A program made the translations under genes and the position numbers. Shown here one piece after another: positions 27,337 through 36,746 of a stretch of 62,394 nucleotides of DNA (positions are counted from its first letter, which is position 1; each line of letters starts with the position of its first letter). Where the stretch lies: NCBI GenBank assembly GCA_045642495.1, contig JAZUJA010000087.1:1-62394 (forward strand). Reading direction: 5' to 3'. The notes beneath the pieces are model-generated. The model saw only the letters and a program-made list of their open reading frames with translations. It did no database searches and was not told the origin of the DNA. This DNA comes from Acutalibacteraceae bacterium (GTDB lineage Bacteria > Bacillota > Clostridia > Oscillospirales > Acutalibacteraceae).

Positions 27337-27395
27337 CGTTCCCTTTGCACAAGGGGATTATATTATTGTTTTATCTGCCAAAGTATGCCAAAATA

Positions 27396-27641
27396 TCAGT
27401 TTGAAAGATAATATTTAACAAGAGACTGCAAAAGTGTGTCGCGGTCAATGCGCCTTATCATATTGCGGGCATTGTTATGTGTGGTGATATAAGTCGGATC
27501 TTCAGAAAGAATATAACCTACGATTTGGTTTATCGGATTATATCCCTTTTCTTTAAGCGCATCATATACGCAAATAAGAACCTTTCGTATTTCCTGTTCC
27601 GTTTGATCGCCGATAGAAAAAGTCATAGTCTTATCGTTCAT
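27396..27641 (-). CDS. ireB: IreB-family regulatory phosphoprotein (UPF0297/DUF965)
   Basis: The blocks VYDALKEKGYNPINQIVGYILSEDPTYITTHNNAR are typical of the family. The 81-aa length fits. Confidence 0.8.
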   Translation of the reverse strand: MNDKTMTFSIGDQTEQEIRKVLICVYDALKEKGYNPINQIVGYILSEDPTYITTHNNARNMIRRIDRDTLLQSLVKYYLSN

Positions 27642-27745
27642 AAAAAACACCTCACAAAAATATCTTTTTAATTATTTTAATGCCTAAACAATAAAATTTC
27701 AACTGTTATTTTTTAATAAAAGCACCAAATTCTGCAAGTTTGCGC

Positions 27746-28894
27746 TTAATTTTCTTTATATTCTTCGCCGCAAAGGATAACTTTTTTAACATCCATCTTA
27801 TGATCAACGATGATAAGGTCGGCTCTTTTACCGATGGCAATTTCGCCTCTGTCATCAAATCCAACTGCCTTTGCCGGGTTATAAGAACCGTAATTAAACG
27901 CGTCAACTATCGAACAGCCCGTATGCAAAATAAAGTTGCGGCAGGCAACATTAAGCGTCAGCGCAGAGCCGCCGATCTCGCCCGAACGGGTGAACCAAAT
28001 ATCGGTTGCATCTTCATATCCCTTCGGAACGGGTCCGTCGTGATAGGTCTGGTCGGTTATAAGAATAATGCGCTCTTTTCCCTTGATTTCTCTTATAAGT
28101 CTTTGCATATAGGGGTGAACGTGAATTCCCAAACGGTCGCTTATTATCTCGGCATAAATATCCTTATGATAATTGACCGTTTCGTCAACGCAAACCCCTC
28201 TTGTTTCGGAATAACGCGGACGGTCGCCCGTAGCATTCGTGTGATGTGTGCCGATGCAAAGTCCGTAAGGGATAAGCGACTCGATTTCCTCAGGGGACGC
28301 TTCGCTGTGCGCAACGGCAAGCTTAACATCGGGGCATTCGCCTTTAAGGTATTTAACGAAATCAAGAATACCCTCGCGTTCGGGAGCAAGCGCCCAAACC
28401 TTAACAAGATCTTTTACGGCAGAAACAAGCGGCTCATAGTCCTTTTTATCAACCGAGTTTGCCCAGGCAAGCGCAAAGTCGCCGTCAAACTTATGGTTAG
28501 TGTAAGGGCCCTCCATATAAATTCCGCCGATCGCTTTTCCCTCCGGCGTTTCGTTTTTAACCCTTCTTATTTCCGCCGAAGCCGACAAATATGTTTCAAG
28601 CGGAAACCAGAACGAAAGCGTGGGGAGAATGGTGGTTGTGCCCTTTTGGACGTGAGCCTTCACAGGCTCTAAGCAGGACTGACGAAATCTTATCTTATTG
28701 CCGGCGTGAACATGAATATCAATAAGTCCCGGGCCGACATAAAGCCCGCCGGCATCGATTATCTCGGTGCCTTCGGGAATTTTTATGTTTTTCATCTCGC
28801 CGAAATCGGTTATAACGCCGTTATCAAAAAGAACGGCACCGTTTTCAACAAAGTGGTCGTGCAAAACAAGTTCTGCGTTTATTATGGCTTTCAT
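27746..28894 (-). CDS. nagA: N-acetylglucosamine-6-phosphate deacetylase-like amidohydrolase
   Basis: Blocks GLIDIHVHAG, AVAHSEASPEE, GTHHTNA and ILITDQ parallel conserved NagA blocks from memory. Confidence 0.65.
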   Translation of the reverse strand: MKAIINAELVLHDHFVENGAVLFDNGVITDFGEMKNIKIPEGTEIIDAGGLYVGPGLIDIHVHAGNKIRFRQSCLEPVKAHVQKGTTTILPTLSFWFPLETYLSASAEIRRVKNETPEGKAIGGIYMEGPYTNHKFDGDFALAWANSVDKKDYEPLVSAVKDLVKVWALAPEREGILDFVKYLKGECPDVKLAVAHSEASPEEIESLIPYGLCIGTHHTNATGDRPRYSETRGVCVDETVNYHKDIYAEIISDRLGIHVHPYMQRLIREIKGKERIILITDQTYHDGPVPKGYEDATDIWFTRSGEIGGSALTLNVACRNFILHTGCSIVDAFNYGSYNPAKAVGFDDRGEIAIGKRADLIIVDHKMDVKKVILCGEEYKEN

Positions 28895-28912
28895 ATAAAC
28901 TTTTCCTTTTAA

Positions 28913-31303
28913 TTATTTGCGTAACTCAACGCCGATTTTTGCAAGATTACCGATAATTTTTGAGTTTGCCTGCTCTATCTGTTCATCAGTGAGCGTGGCA
29001 TCTGCCGAACGGAGCCATACGCTGAAAGCAACGCTCTTTTTGCCGTTTGGTATCTGAGAACCCTCATAAACGTCGAAAAGCTCAACCTTTTCAAGCAATC
29101 TTCCGCCGCCCGAAACGATAGCCGCCTGCAAATCACCGATCGGGATGTCACGGTCGCAAAGCATAGCATAGTCGCGCTCAACAGCAGGGAATTTGGGAAG
29201 CGGCTTGTAAACGGTTTTGCGCTTCTTTATGTTAAACAAAACATCAAGCTTGATTTCGGCAACATAAACCTTCTGTTCAATATCAAAGTTTGCGGCAACC
29301 TTCGGGTGAACTTCGCCGAGCACCGCCGCCGGAACATTGTTTGCTTTAACGAATGCCTGTCTGCCGGGATGTAAAAACGGCTCAGCCGAGCGGCCGTAAA
29401 CGGTGTGAGCGCCGAAAAGTTTCATAATTTCTTCAACAATGCCTTTAAGGGTGAAGAAATCCTCATCCTTGCCGTAGATACCGATGCAAAGGGTCGGTAT
29501 TTCATCCGGCTGTTCGGTAAGCGGTAATGATTTTGCAACAAAGCGCTTGCTCTGCTCAAAAAATCTTGCCTTTTCATTTTTGCGGTTGATATTGGTTGAA
29601 ATAACCGTGAGCATACTTGAAACAAGCTGTGTGCGCAGGCTTGAATATTCATCGCCGAGCGGATTTATAAGCTTTATAACATTTCTTCTTTCGTCATCTT
29701 CCGCAAGGCACAAAGCATCGAGCATAGAGGGTGAAATGAAGGAATAGGTTGTTATCTCATCGCATCCCATTCCGCAAAGAAGAGCTTTCATCTTGTCACT
29801 CTTAATGCGTTCGGGAAGCTTTGTTCCTCTGATAACAGAACCCTTCATCGGAGTGCCTATTATGTGATCATAGCCGTAAATTCGCATAACCTCTTCGGCC
29901 AGATCAGCTCTGCCCTCAACGTCATCACGGATAGAGGGAACATTAACGGTGAACACGCCGTTGTTATTGGCGGTTTTAAGGCCTAAGCTGTTAAGAATTC
30001 TAACCATTTCCTCGGTTGGGATCTCAACGCCCAAAAGTGCGGTGACATCTTCCGCTTTAACGGTCAACACCTTTTCTTCGGGCAATTCTTCATAGCGGTC
30101 AAGCGCACCGTCGATAATATCGCCCGCGTCAAGTGTTGAAATAAGATTCAAAGCGCGTTCCATCGCAAAGCCGGTATTGATAATGTCAACACCCTTTTCA
30201 AAGCGGCCGCTTGCCTCGGTTCTTATGCCGAGCGCTCTGCCGGTATGGCGGATGTTATCTCTTTTGAATTTTGCGGATTCAAGGAAAAGATCCTTTGTAT
30301 CGTCCTCAATTTCGCTTTCAATGCCGCCCATAATACCTGCAAGGCAGGAAGGCTTTTGACCGTCTGCAATAACAAGCATATCTTCATTAAGGTCGTAATC
30401 TTTGCCGTCAAGCGTGGTGATTTTCTCGCCGGCTGCGGCATTTCTGACGATGATTTTCTTATCTGAAAGTTCATTATAATTGAAAGCGTGCATCGGCTGG
30501 CCTGTTTCAAGCATAACAAAGTTAGTTATGTCAACAATATTATTTATGGGGCGCATACCCGATGCAATAAGAGCTTTCTGCATCCAGGAGGGACTTTCCT
30601 TTATGCGCAGATTTTTAACAATTCTGCCGATATAACGGGGGCAAAGCTCATAATTTTTAACCTCAACATCAATGAAATCGGCAATGTTGCCGCCCGATGT
30701 TTTGTAATCGGTTGCAGGCTCGCGAAACTCTGTTCCCAAAACAACCGAAACTTCCTTTGCAACACCCATAAAGCAGTTGCAATCGGGGCGGTTTGCGGTG
30801 ATCTTAAAGTCGATAATGCAATCGTCAAGACCTAAATGCTCACGCATATCGGTGCCGGGCTTCGGCTCATCCTTAAGGATCATAATGCCGTAAACGGAAG
30901 CGCCCTCATAATCGGCTTCGGTAAGGCAAAGCTCTTCGCCGGAGCAAAGCATACCGAAAGAGTCAACACCGCGGAGTTTTCCCGCAACGATGTGTGCGCC
31001 GTTCGGCAGATAGCTGTTGTCAAGTGCGGCGGGAACATAATCGCCGAGCTTTATGTTCTGCGCGCCGGTAACGATTTGAACGGGAGCCTCTTTGCCAACA
31101 TCTATCTGACAAATCTGCAAGTGGTCGCTGTTTTCGTGGGGCTTGATATCAACAATTTTGCCGACAACAACATTTTTAATGTTTTCGCCCTCATATTCAA
31201 CGCTTTCAACCTCAAATCCGGCAAGAATCATGCGCTCGCAAAGCTCTTCAACCGGAACATTTATATCAACATAATATTTAAGTGTGTTAAGTGAAATTTT
31301 CAT
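28913..31303 (-). CDS. pheT: Phenylalanine--tRNA ligase beta subunit
   Basis: 796 aa with a tRNA-binding OB domain at the N-terminus and B3/4, B5 and FDX-ACB domain order. It lies 15 nt downstream of pheS. Confidence 0.95.
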   Translation of the reverse strand: MKISLNTLKYYVDINVPVEELCERMILAGFEVESVEYEGENIKNVVVGKIVDIKPHENSDHLQICQIDVGKEAPVQIVTGAQNIKLGDYVPAALDNSYLPNGAHIVAGKLRGVDSFGMLCSGEELCLTEADYEGASVYGIMILKDEPKPGTDMREHLGLDDCIIDFKITANRPDCNCFMGVAKEVSVVLGTEFREPATDYKTSGGNIADFIDVEVKNYELCPRYIGRIVKNLRIKESPSWMQKALIASGMRPINNIVDITNFVMLETGQPMHAFNYNELSDKKIIVRNAAAGEKITTLDGKDYDLNEDMLVIADGQKPSCLAGIMGGIESEIEDDTKDLFLESAKFKRDNIRHTGRALGIRTEASGRFEKGVDIINTGFAMERALNLISTLDAGDIIDGALDRYEELPEEKVLTVKAEDVTALLGVEIPTEEMVRILNSLGLKTANNNGVFTVNVPSIRDDVEGRADLAEEVMRIYGYDHIIGTPMKGSVIRGTKLPERIKSDKMKALLCGMGCDEITTYSFISPSMLDALCLAEDDERRNVIKLINPLGDEYSSLRTQLVSSMLTVISTNINRKNEKARFFEQSKRFVAKSLPLTEQPDEIPTLCIGIYGKDEDFFTLKGIVEEIMKLFGAHTVYGRSAEPFLHPGRQAFVKANNVPAAVLGEVHPKVAANFDIEQKVYVAEIKLDVLFNIKKRKTVYKPLPKFPAVERDYAMLCDRDIPIGDLQAAIVSGGGRLLEKVELFDVYEGSQIPNGKKSVAFSVWLRSADATLTDEQIEQANSKIIGNLAKIGVELRK

Positions 31304-31318
31304 TGAATTTTCCCTCCC

Positions 31319-32341
31319 TTAATTAAACTGATCAAGGAAACGCTTATCGTTTTCGAAAAGAAGACGAATATCGCTGATCTTATGGCGAGTTGTTGTAAGG
31401 CGGTCAAGACCGATACCGAAAGCAAAACCGCTGTAAACCTCGGGGTCAATTCCGCAGCTTCTGAGCACGTTCGGATGAACCATACCTGCACCCAAAATCT
31501 CTATCCAGCCGCTGCCCTTGCATACGCGGCAACCTTTTCCGCCGCATTCACTGCAGCTAACATCAACCTCAACCGAGGGCTCGGTAAACGGGAAGAAGGA
31601 GGGGCGGAATTTAACCTTTGTGTCCTCACCGTAAATCTCACGGGCAAACTGTTCAAGAACACCTTTAAGGTCGCACATGGTAACGCCCTTATCAACAACA
31701 AGGCCTTCTATCTGATGGAAAACGGGAGAATGTGTTGCGTCAACCTCGTCTGCGCGGAAAACTCGTCCGGGGCAGATTATGCGGATAGGCGGCTTTCTGT
31801 TTTCCATTGTTCTGATTTGCGCGGCAGAAGTTTGGGTGCGCAAAAGCAGGTTTTCGCCCAAATAGAATGTATCCTGCATATCTCTTGCCGGATGATCGGC
31901 AGGAACATTAAGGCATTCAAAGTTATAGTGATCGGTTTCAACCTCGGGACCGTCAAGCACATCAAATCCCATAGACTGAAAAATATCTATCATATCGTTA
32001 AGAACCTGATTAAGCGGATGCAAACTGCCGTGCTCCTGCTTTTTGGCGGGCATGGTTATATCAATGGTTTCCGCTTTAAGTTTAAGTTCGGTGAGTTTTT
32101 CTTTCATTTCCGCCGATTTCTCGGAAATAAGAGAATCAAGCTTCTGCTTTGCCTCGTTCACAAGCTGACCCATTTTCGGGCGATCCTCCGGGGCAAGCGA
32201 GCCCATTTGTTTAAGAAGCGCCGTAAGCTCACCCTTTTTGCCGAGGTATTTAACGCGAATTTCTTCAATATCGCTCTGCTCGGCGGCATTTTCAAGCGCT
32301 TTAACAGCGGCTTGCTTTAACTGTTCGATTTTTTCTTTCAT
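31319..32341 (-). CDS. pheS: Phenylalanine--tRNA ligase alpha subunit
   Basis: Class II motifs (HPARDMQDTFY, GRVFRADEVDATHSPVFHQIEG, GFAFGIGLDR). Confidence 0.95.
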   Translation of the reverse strand: MKEKIEQLKQAAVKALENAAEQSDIEEIRVKYLGKKGELTALLKQMGSLAPEDRPKMGQLVNEAKQKLDSLISEKSAEMKEKLTELKLKAETIDITMPAKKQEHGSLHPLNQVLNDMIDIFQSMGFDVLDGPEVETDHYNFECLNVPADHPARDMQDTFYLGENLLLRTQTSAAQIRTMENRKPPIRIICPGRVFRADEVDATHSPVFHQIEGLVVDKGVTMCDLKGVLEQFAREIYGEDTKVKFRPSFFPFTEPSVEVDVSCSECGGKGCRVCKGSGWIEILGAGMVHPNVLRSCGIDPEVYSGFAFGIGLDRLTTTRHKISDIRLLFENDKRFLDQFN

Positions 32342-32354
32342 TGTTTATACCTCT

Positions 32355-32632
32355 TTCTTTTCGGGCGAAAAAAATAAACCTCGCCCTGATTTACAGGACG
32401 AAGTTTATAAAATAATCAAACTCCGCGGTACCACCCGTTATTTTCGCTCAAAGAGCAAACACTCTGCGAAGCCTTTAACGGAGCTTGCCCGGCAACGCTT
32501 ACTTAAAAACCTGTTCGGCATTGCTGCTCGGAAGGGAATTTCGGGAAGGACTTTAACAGTCGGCTTTCAGCATCCGCGCGACCTCTCTTGGAAAAAGTGC
32601 GTTTCCTTACTTATCTTCGTTATCGCATTTAA
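32355..32632 (-). promoter_or_regulatory. T-box leader (tRNA-Phe-responsive riboswitch) with a terminator, upstream of pheST
   Basis: On the minus strand: GCGATAACGAAGATAAGTA start, AGAGAG box, the T-box core AACGGGTGGTACCGCGG (plus-strand 32424-32440), then a hairpin CTTCGTCCTG/CAGGGCGAGG followed by TTTATTTTTTT. UUC triplets lie in the specifier region. Confidence 0.85.
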
Positions 32633-32640
32633 CAAAATTT

Positions 32641-32669
32641 ATTCTAACACCAATTAAAAAATTTTTCAA
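32641..32669 (-). promoter_or_regulatory. Sigma-A-like promoter driving the pheST T-box leader
   Basis: On the minus strand, TTGAAA (32669-32664), 17-nt spacer, TGtTAGAAT with the -10 at 32646-32641. Confidence 0.55.
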
Positions 32670-32739
32670 GTAGTAATTTACATATTGAATAAAATGTGTT
32701 ATTATAATTATAACTTTTTATTTTCGAGGTATTTTTTGT

Positions 32740-33276
32740 ATGTCTTTAAAGGAAAAAGTTAATATTCCGAATATTATAACTCTTGTAAGAATAATCGGCT
32801 CGGCTGTTATTCTGTTCGTTCCCGTTTTTTCGGTGCCTTTTTATGTTCTTTATTCCGTTTGCGGCGTGTCAGATGTGCTTGACGGATTTGTCGCAAGGTC
32901 AACCGGAAAAACAACTGCCTTCGGCTCAAAGCTTGATTCCGCCGCCGATTTGATATTTTATTCGATTATGGGAATTAAGGTTTTCAGAACGCTTATGAAG
33001 GTTTTGCCGATATTATTATGGATCGGCGTTGGCATAACATTTTCGATTAGAGTTGCCATTTATCTTTATGCCGCGTTTAAGCAAAACAGATTTGTTGCCA
33101 CCCATTCTTATCTTAACAAGGCAACGGGCGCCGGTGTTTTCGGCATACCGTATCTTATCAGAAGCAGTGTTTTCACGATTTACGGCTCGGTTGTTTGCAC
33201 AATCGCCGTTATCGCCGCAATAAATGATCTTCATATTCTTGTTAAAAAACACAGTGGAAAGGAAAAAACAGTATGA
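32740..33276 (+). CDS. CDP-alcohol phosphatidyltransferase family protein
   Basis: Exact family signature DGFVAR-X8-GSKLDSAAD (D-G-x2-A-R-x8-G-x3-D-x3-D) and several transmembrane helices. Confidence 0.85.
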   Translation: MSLKEKVNIPNIITLVRIIGSAVILFVPVFSVPFYVLYSVCGVSDVLDGFVARSTGKTTAFGSKLDSAADLIFYSIMGIKVFRTLMKVLPILLWIGVGITFSIRVAIYLYAAFKQNRFVATHSYLNKATGAGVFGIPYLIRSSVFTIYGSVVCTIAVIAAINDLHILVKKHSGKEKTV

Positions 33277-33746
33277 GCAAAGCTCTTGTATGTTATTTCT
33301 CGGCTTCGGGCGTTACAAAAAATTTGGCGGAAAAAATTGCCGCCGCGGCAGAAGCGCCCGTTTTTGAAATTGTTCCCGAAACACTTTACACAAAGCATGA
33401 TCTTAACTGGCTCAACCCACTTTCGCGCTCCTCAAAGGAAATGAGGGATAAGGACTCTCGCCCCGCGATAAAACAGGGCGCTCCCGATTTAAGCGAATAC
33501 GATACCGTTTTTGTCGGCTTCCCGATTTGGTGGTATATCGCCCCAACGATCGTTAACACTTTCCTTGAAAGCGGCGATTTTGCCGGCAAAAAAATCGTTC
33601 CGTTTGCAACCTCCGGCGGCAGCGGAATGGGAAAAACAAATAAGCATTTGAAAGATAGTGTAAAAGGCGCTGTGCTGGTTGAAGGCAAAGTTCTCAACAA
33701 CGCAACGGATGAGCAAATAAAAGAATTTGTTCTTAAAAATATGTAA
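33273..33746 (+). CDS. Flavodoxin
   Basis: CYFSASGVTK FMN-phosphate loop and FPIWWY motif. ATGA overlap with the upstream gene. Confidence 0.8.
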   Translation: MSKALVCYFSASGVTKNLAEKIAAAAEAPVFEIVPETLYTKHDLNWLNPLSRSSKEMRDKDSRPAIKQGAPDLSEYDTVFVGFPIWWYIAPTIVNTFLESGDFAGKKIVPFATSGGSGMGKTNKHLKDSVKGAVLVEGKVLNNATDEQIKEFVLKNM

Positions 33747-33750
33747 GCAG

Positions 33751-33780
33751 AAAAAACCACCCTTTTTGGGTGGTTTTTTT
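33751..33780. terminator. Bidirectional terminator between flavodoxin and the Mn-catalase-like gene
   Basis: AAAAAACCACCC-TTTTT-GGGTGGTTTTTTT. Confidence 0.85.
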
Positions 33781-33781
33781 A

Positions 33782-34450
33782 TCAGTTAAACGAAACGGGT
33801 TTTGATGTGATGTGGGAAAGATCAACATTCTGCGGTGAGGGTTCGCTCATATTAAAATACATTTTTGCCGCTTTAGTCGTTCCGAAATCGTGGTTTGATC
33901 CGCTATCCTGAATTTTGTTGAACGCTTCGCGGAACATCGCGTTGTGCGCCTCTTCGCGGTTAAGCAAAAAGTCTATCGTTTCCTTAACCTTTTTATCGTC
34001 AATTTGGCGGTAAAGGTATTCATAAACAACCTTTGCCCTCTGCTCCGATGCAATGTTTGAAAGAATATCGGCGCAAAGGTCACCCGTAACGGTAACATAA
34101 TCGGCACTCCACGAATAGCCCGAAGCATTGATAAGTCCCGGATTAAGTCCCAAAATAACGTGGGTTTGAATTTCGCCCGCGTCAACTGCGGTGGCTTCAA
34201 CGTCGTGTCCGTTAAGCAAATTTATGGTCTGCGCCACCATTTCCATGTGTCCAAGCTCCTCCGCCGCGATGTCAAGAAAAAGGTCCTTGATTTCCTTGTC
34301 CTTTATCCTGAAACTTTGGCTCATATATTGCATTGCGGCCTTAAGCTCGCCGTTGCCGCCGCCCAACTGCTCTTGTAAAAGTACCGCATACTGCGGATTA
34401 GGGCGTGTTACGGCAACCGGATGAAACAGTTTCTTTTCGTGTTTAAACAT
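33782..34450 (-). CDS. Manganese catalase family protein (CotJC-like)
   Basis: LLQEQLGGGNGELKAAMQYMSQSF ... AAEELGHMEMV is the di-Mn catalase/CotJC signature. Start at MFKHEK follows AAAGGAG. Confidence 0.8.
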   Translation of the reverse strand: MFKHEKKLFHPVAVTRPNPQYAVLLQEQLGGGNGELKAAMQYMSQSFRIKDKEIKDLFLDIAAEELGHMEMVAQTINLLNGHDVEATAVDAGEIQTHVILGLNPGLINASGYSWSADYVTVTGDLCADILSNIASEQRAKVVYEYLYRQIDDKKVKETIDFLLNREEAHNAMFREAFNKIQDSGSNHDFGTTKAAKMYFNMSEPSPQNVDLSHITSKPVSFN

Positions 34451-34514
34451 AAAATTATCTCCTTTCAAAGCTATTTTTTGAAAAAGGGGAGTTTTTATGC
34501 TCTGCAAGAAATGG

Positions 34515-34547
34515 AAAAGAAAAAGCCACCGTTTTTTCCACGGCGGC
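34515..34547 (-). terminator. Probable terminator after the alpha-galactosidase gene
   Basis: On the minus strand, GCCGCCG...CGGTGGC forms an imperfect stem (34525-34547) followed by a T-rich run. Confidence 0.4.
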
Positions 34548-34555
34548 CTTTTTTA

Positions 34556-36694
34556 TTACATTTTTTCCAAATAATAGGTAACGGTTGAAAAATCTTCAAT
34601 AGGATATGTCGGGCGAAGGCCTCTGTTCATAAGATATCTGCCGGTATAAACCTTTCCGGTTGCGGTATCTTTATATGAAGCGTTTTCGTCAAGACCTTTT
34701 AGCTTTATAAACGGCTCACGGTAACGGTTTTTGCCGATAAGCATTACCGCGCGGCCCGCCATAACATAAACGGCATTATCGTTTGCTATTTCCCAAACGC
34801 ATTCGTTTGTTTCAAAAGGACTTCTCAGGCGGTAAAAATCGCCGTTAAGAATAAGCGGCTGCATCTTTTTGGCAAATGCGATCTGCTTTTTGAATTCTTC
34901 TCTTTCCTCTTCGGTGGTTTTGGTAATATCAAGCTCATATCCGAAAACGCCCGAAAATGCAACATCCGCACGAGTTTTAAGCGGTGTTACGCGCATGGTC
35001 TGCTTGTTGGGAACTGCGGTGATGTGCGCCGAAATGGAGCTTAGCGGATAGCAAACCGAGGTTGAATACTGAATTTTCATTCTTGAATACGCGTCGGTGT
35101 TGTCCGAAGTCCAGATTTGCGGCATAAAGGATAAAACGCCTGCATCAAATCTGCCGCCGCCCGAAGCGCAGCCCTCGAAAAGAATTTCGGGGAAACGGGA
35201 GGTGAGCGCATCCATAATCTTATAAAGGCCTAAAGCGTAACGGTGGTGGAAGCCCTCAAACGGAACATCAAGAATTTCGCGGTTCATATCCCATTTAACA
35301 TAGGATATTTTTCCGCATTCAAGTATTTTTGAAACCGCATCTATAACATAATCGCATATTTCATCTCTTGTAAGGTCAAGAACATACTGTTCGCGGGATA
35401 AAACCGGCTCTATCTGCGGCACACGAACCGCCCAATCGGGATGCGCGCGGTAAAGATCAGAATCGGGATTTATCATCTCAGGCTCAAACCAAAGGCCGAA
35501 TTTAAGGCCCATATCAATAATGCTCTGGGCAAGTCCTTCAATGCCGAGCGGTAGTTTTTTGGGGTTAACCGTCCAGTCGCCGAGGCCTGCCGCGGTGCTG
35601 TTGCGCTCGCCGAACCAACCGTCATCAAGCACAAACATTTCAATTCCTGCCGATTTTGCGATTTTTGCCATGGCAAGAATTTGATCCTGCGTGAAATCAA
35701 AGCGGGTTGCTTCCCAGTTGTTGATAAGCACGGGACGCGGTTTGTTGACGAAGTTTTTGTTTATTAAATGCTCTCTGTAAGTCTTGTGATATTGGCGCGA
35801 AAGCTCGCCGATACCGTTTGCCGAAAAGCCTAAAACCGCTTGCGGTGTGTAAAATTCTTCATTGGGGTGCAATGTATATTTGAAGCCCTTGGGGCTGATT
35901 CCCTGCGTTATTCTTACGCGGCCGGTCGTGTCACCCTCAACAATGGTGGTGTGGTTGCAACTGTAAATAAGGTTAAAACCGTAAACCGTGCCGATTTCTT
36001 CGTCCGCTCTTTTCTGAGCCACCATAACAAAGGGGTTTACCTGCCTGCCGCCGCGGCCGGAGGTATCGGAAATATCCATTCGGGCGCTTTTGTGAATGGG
36101 GCAACGCTCAAGCATACGCTCTCTGCCCCAGTCGCCCTGGAACCATATCGCGTCAAAATCATCTTCGGGCAGATCAAGGTTAAAGGAAAACGCGCGGTGT
36201 ATATCAATATCGGTGTTGCCGCGGTTTACGATAACGGCACTTCTGCCGATCGTGTCAAGATCATCAAAAACAACATAATAAAGTTTAACTTCAATTTTCG
36301 AAGCGGCATCAAAAAGAACGATTTCAAGGGTATCGGCATTGCCGTAAAGTGAGGGCATTCCGCAAACCTTGAACGCTTCGCCCTTTATTATGCGGCTGCT
36401 TTTAACCTTCAAAAGATTTATTATATTGCCGAAGCCGTTCTTTATTTCATAAGCGCTCTCGCGGAAATCCTGATGGCCGAAACCCGGATATTCCTGCGGA
36501 TAAGCATTAAGATTAAGGCAGTTGGTATTCGGGCGGTCGGTTTCATTATATAATTCAAAATCGGCGCTGTAATCCGCAAAATCGATTTTTTTGCCGTAAT
36601 GAAAATTGAAAAGATCGCCCTCAGGGCTTTCAACCATAACATAACTGTAAGACTTTCCTTGCAAGTGCCAAGTTTTTCCTGTTATTTCGATCAT
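34556..36694 (-). CDS. Alpha-galactosidase (GH36)
   Basis: 712 aa. The blocks (NNWEATRFDF, FVLDDGWFG, KWDMNR, CASGGGRFD) fit GH36 AgaA-type enzymes. Confidence 0.85.
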   Translation of the reverse strand: MIEITGKTWHLQGKSYSYVMVESPEGDLFNFHYGKKIDFADYSADFELYNETDRPNTNCLNLNAYPQEYPGFGHQDFRESAYEIKNGFGNIINLLKVKSSRIIKGEAFKVCGMPSLYGNADTLEIVLFDAASKIEVKLYYVVFDDLDTIGRSAVIVNRGNTDIDIHRAFSFNLDLPEDDFDAIWFQGDWGRERMLERCPIHKSARMDISDTSGRGGRQVNPFVMVAQKRADEEIGTVYGFNLIYSCNHTTIVEGDTTGRVRITQGISPKGFKYTLHPNEEFYTPQAVLGFSANGIGELSRQYHKTYREHLINKNFVNKPRPVLINNWEATRFDFTQDQILAMAKIAKSAGIEMFVLDDGWFGERNSTAAGLGDWTVNPKKLPLGIEGLAQSIIDMGLKFGLWFEPEMINPDSDLYRAHPDWAVRVPQIEPVLSREQYVLDLTRDEICDYVIDAVSKILECGKISYVKWDMNREILDVPFEGFHHRYALGLYKIMDALTSRFPEILFEGCASGGGRFDAGVLSFMPQIWTSDNTDAYSRMKIQYSTSVCYPLSSISAHITAVPNKQTMRVTPLKTRADVAFSGVFGYELDITKTTEEEREEFKKQIAFAKKMQPLILNGDFYRLRSPFETNECVWEIANDNAVYVMAGRAVMLIGKNRYREPFIKLKGLDENASYKDTATGKVYTGRYLMNRGLRPTYPIEDFSTVTYYLEKM

Positions 36695-36710
36695 AAAAAT
36701 ACCCCTTTAC

Positions 36711-36746
36711 AAAAAATAAAAGACCTACCACACAGGGTGATAGATC
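36711..36746 (-). terminator. Strand-specific intrinsic terminator downstream of tRNA-Ala and immediately upstream of the alpha-galactosidase RBS
   Basis: On the minus strand, GATCTATCAC-CCTGT-GTGGTAGGTC (two G-U pairs, so it folds only on this strand) is followed by TTTTATTTTTT. Confidence 0.65.

Noticed and set aside
26162-27352. Possible prophage, suggested by the holin-like and amidase genes.
   Set aside because: No integrase, terminase, capsid, tail or repressor genes and no att-like repeats are visible. The flanks are core genes. I treat it as an isolated lysis-like pair, not a mobile element.
27740-28672. Long antisense ORFs: 310 aa here, also 31382-32320 (+), 59465-60217 (-), 7168-7698 (-), 38893-39417 (-) and 4387-4860 (-).
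   Set aside because: Each lies entirely opposite a gene with strong family motifs (nagA-like, pheS, sucC, cysteine desulfurase, proS, spoIIE). They lack an RBS and their composition is Arg/Lys/Phe/Asn-rich and low in complexity, as expected for reverse-frame translation.
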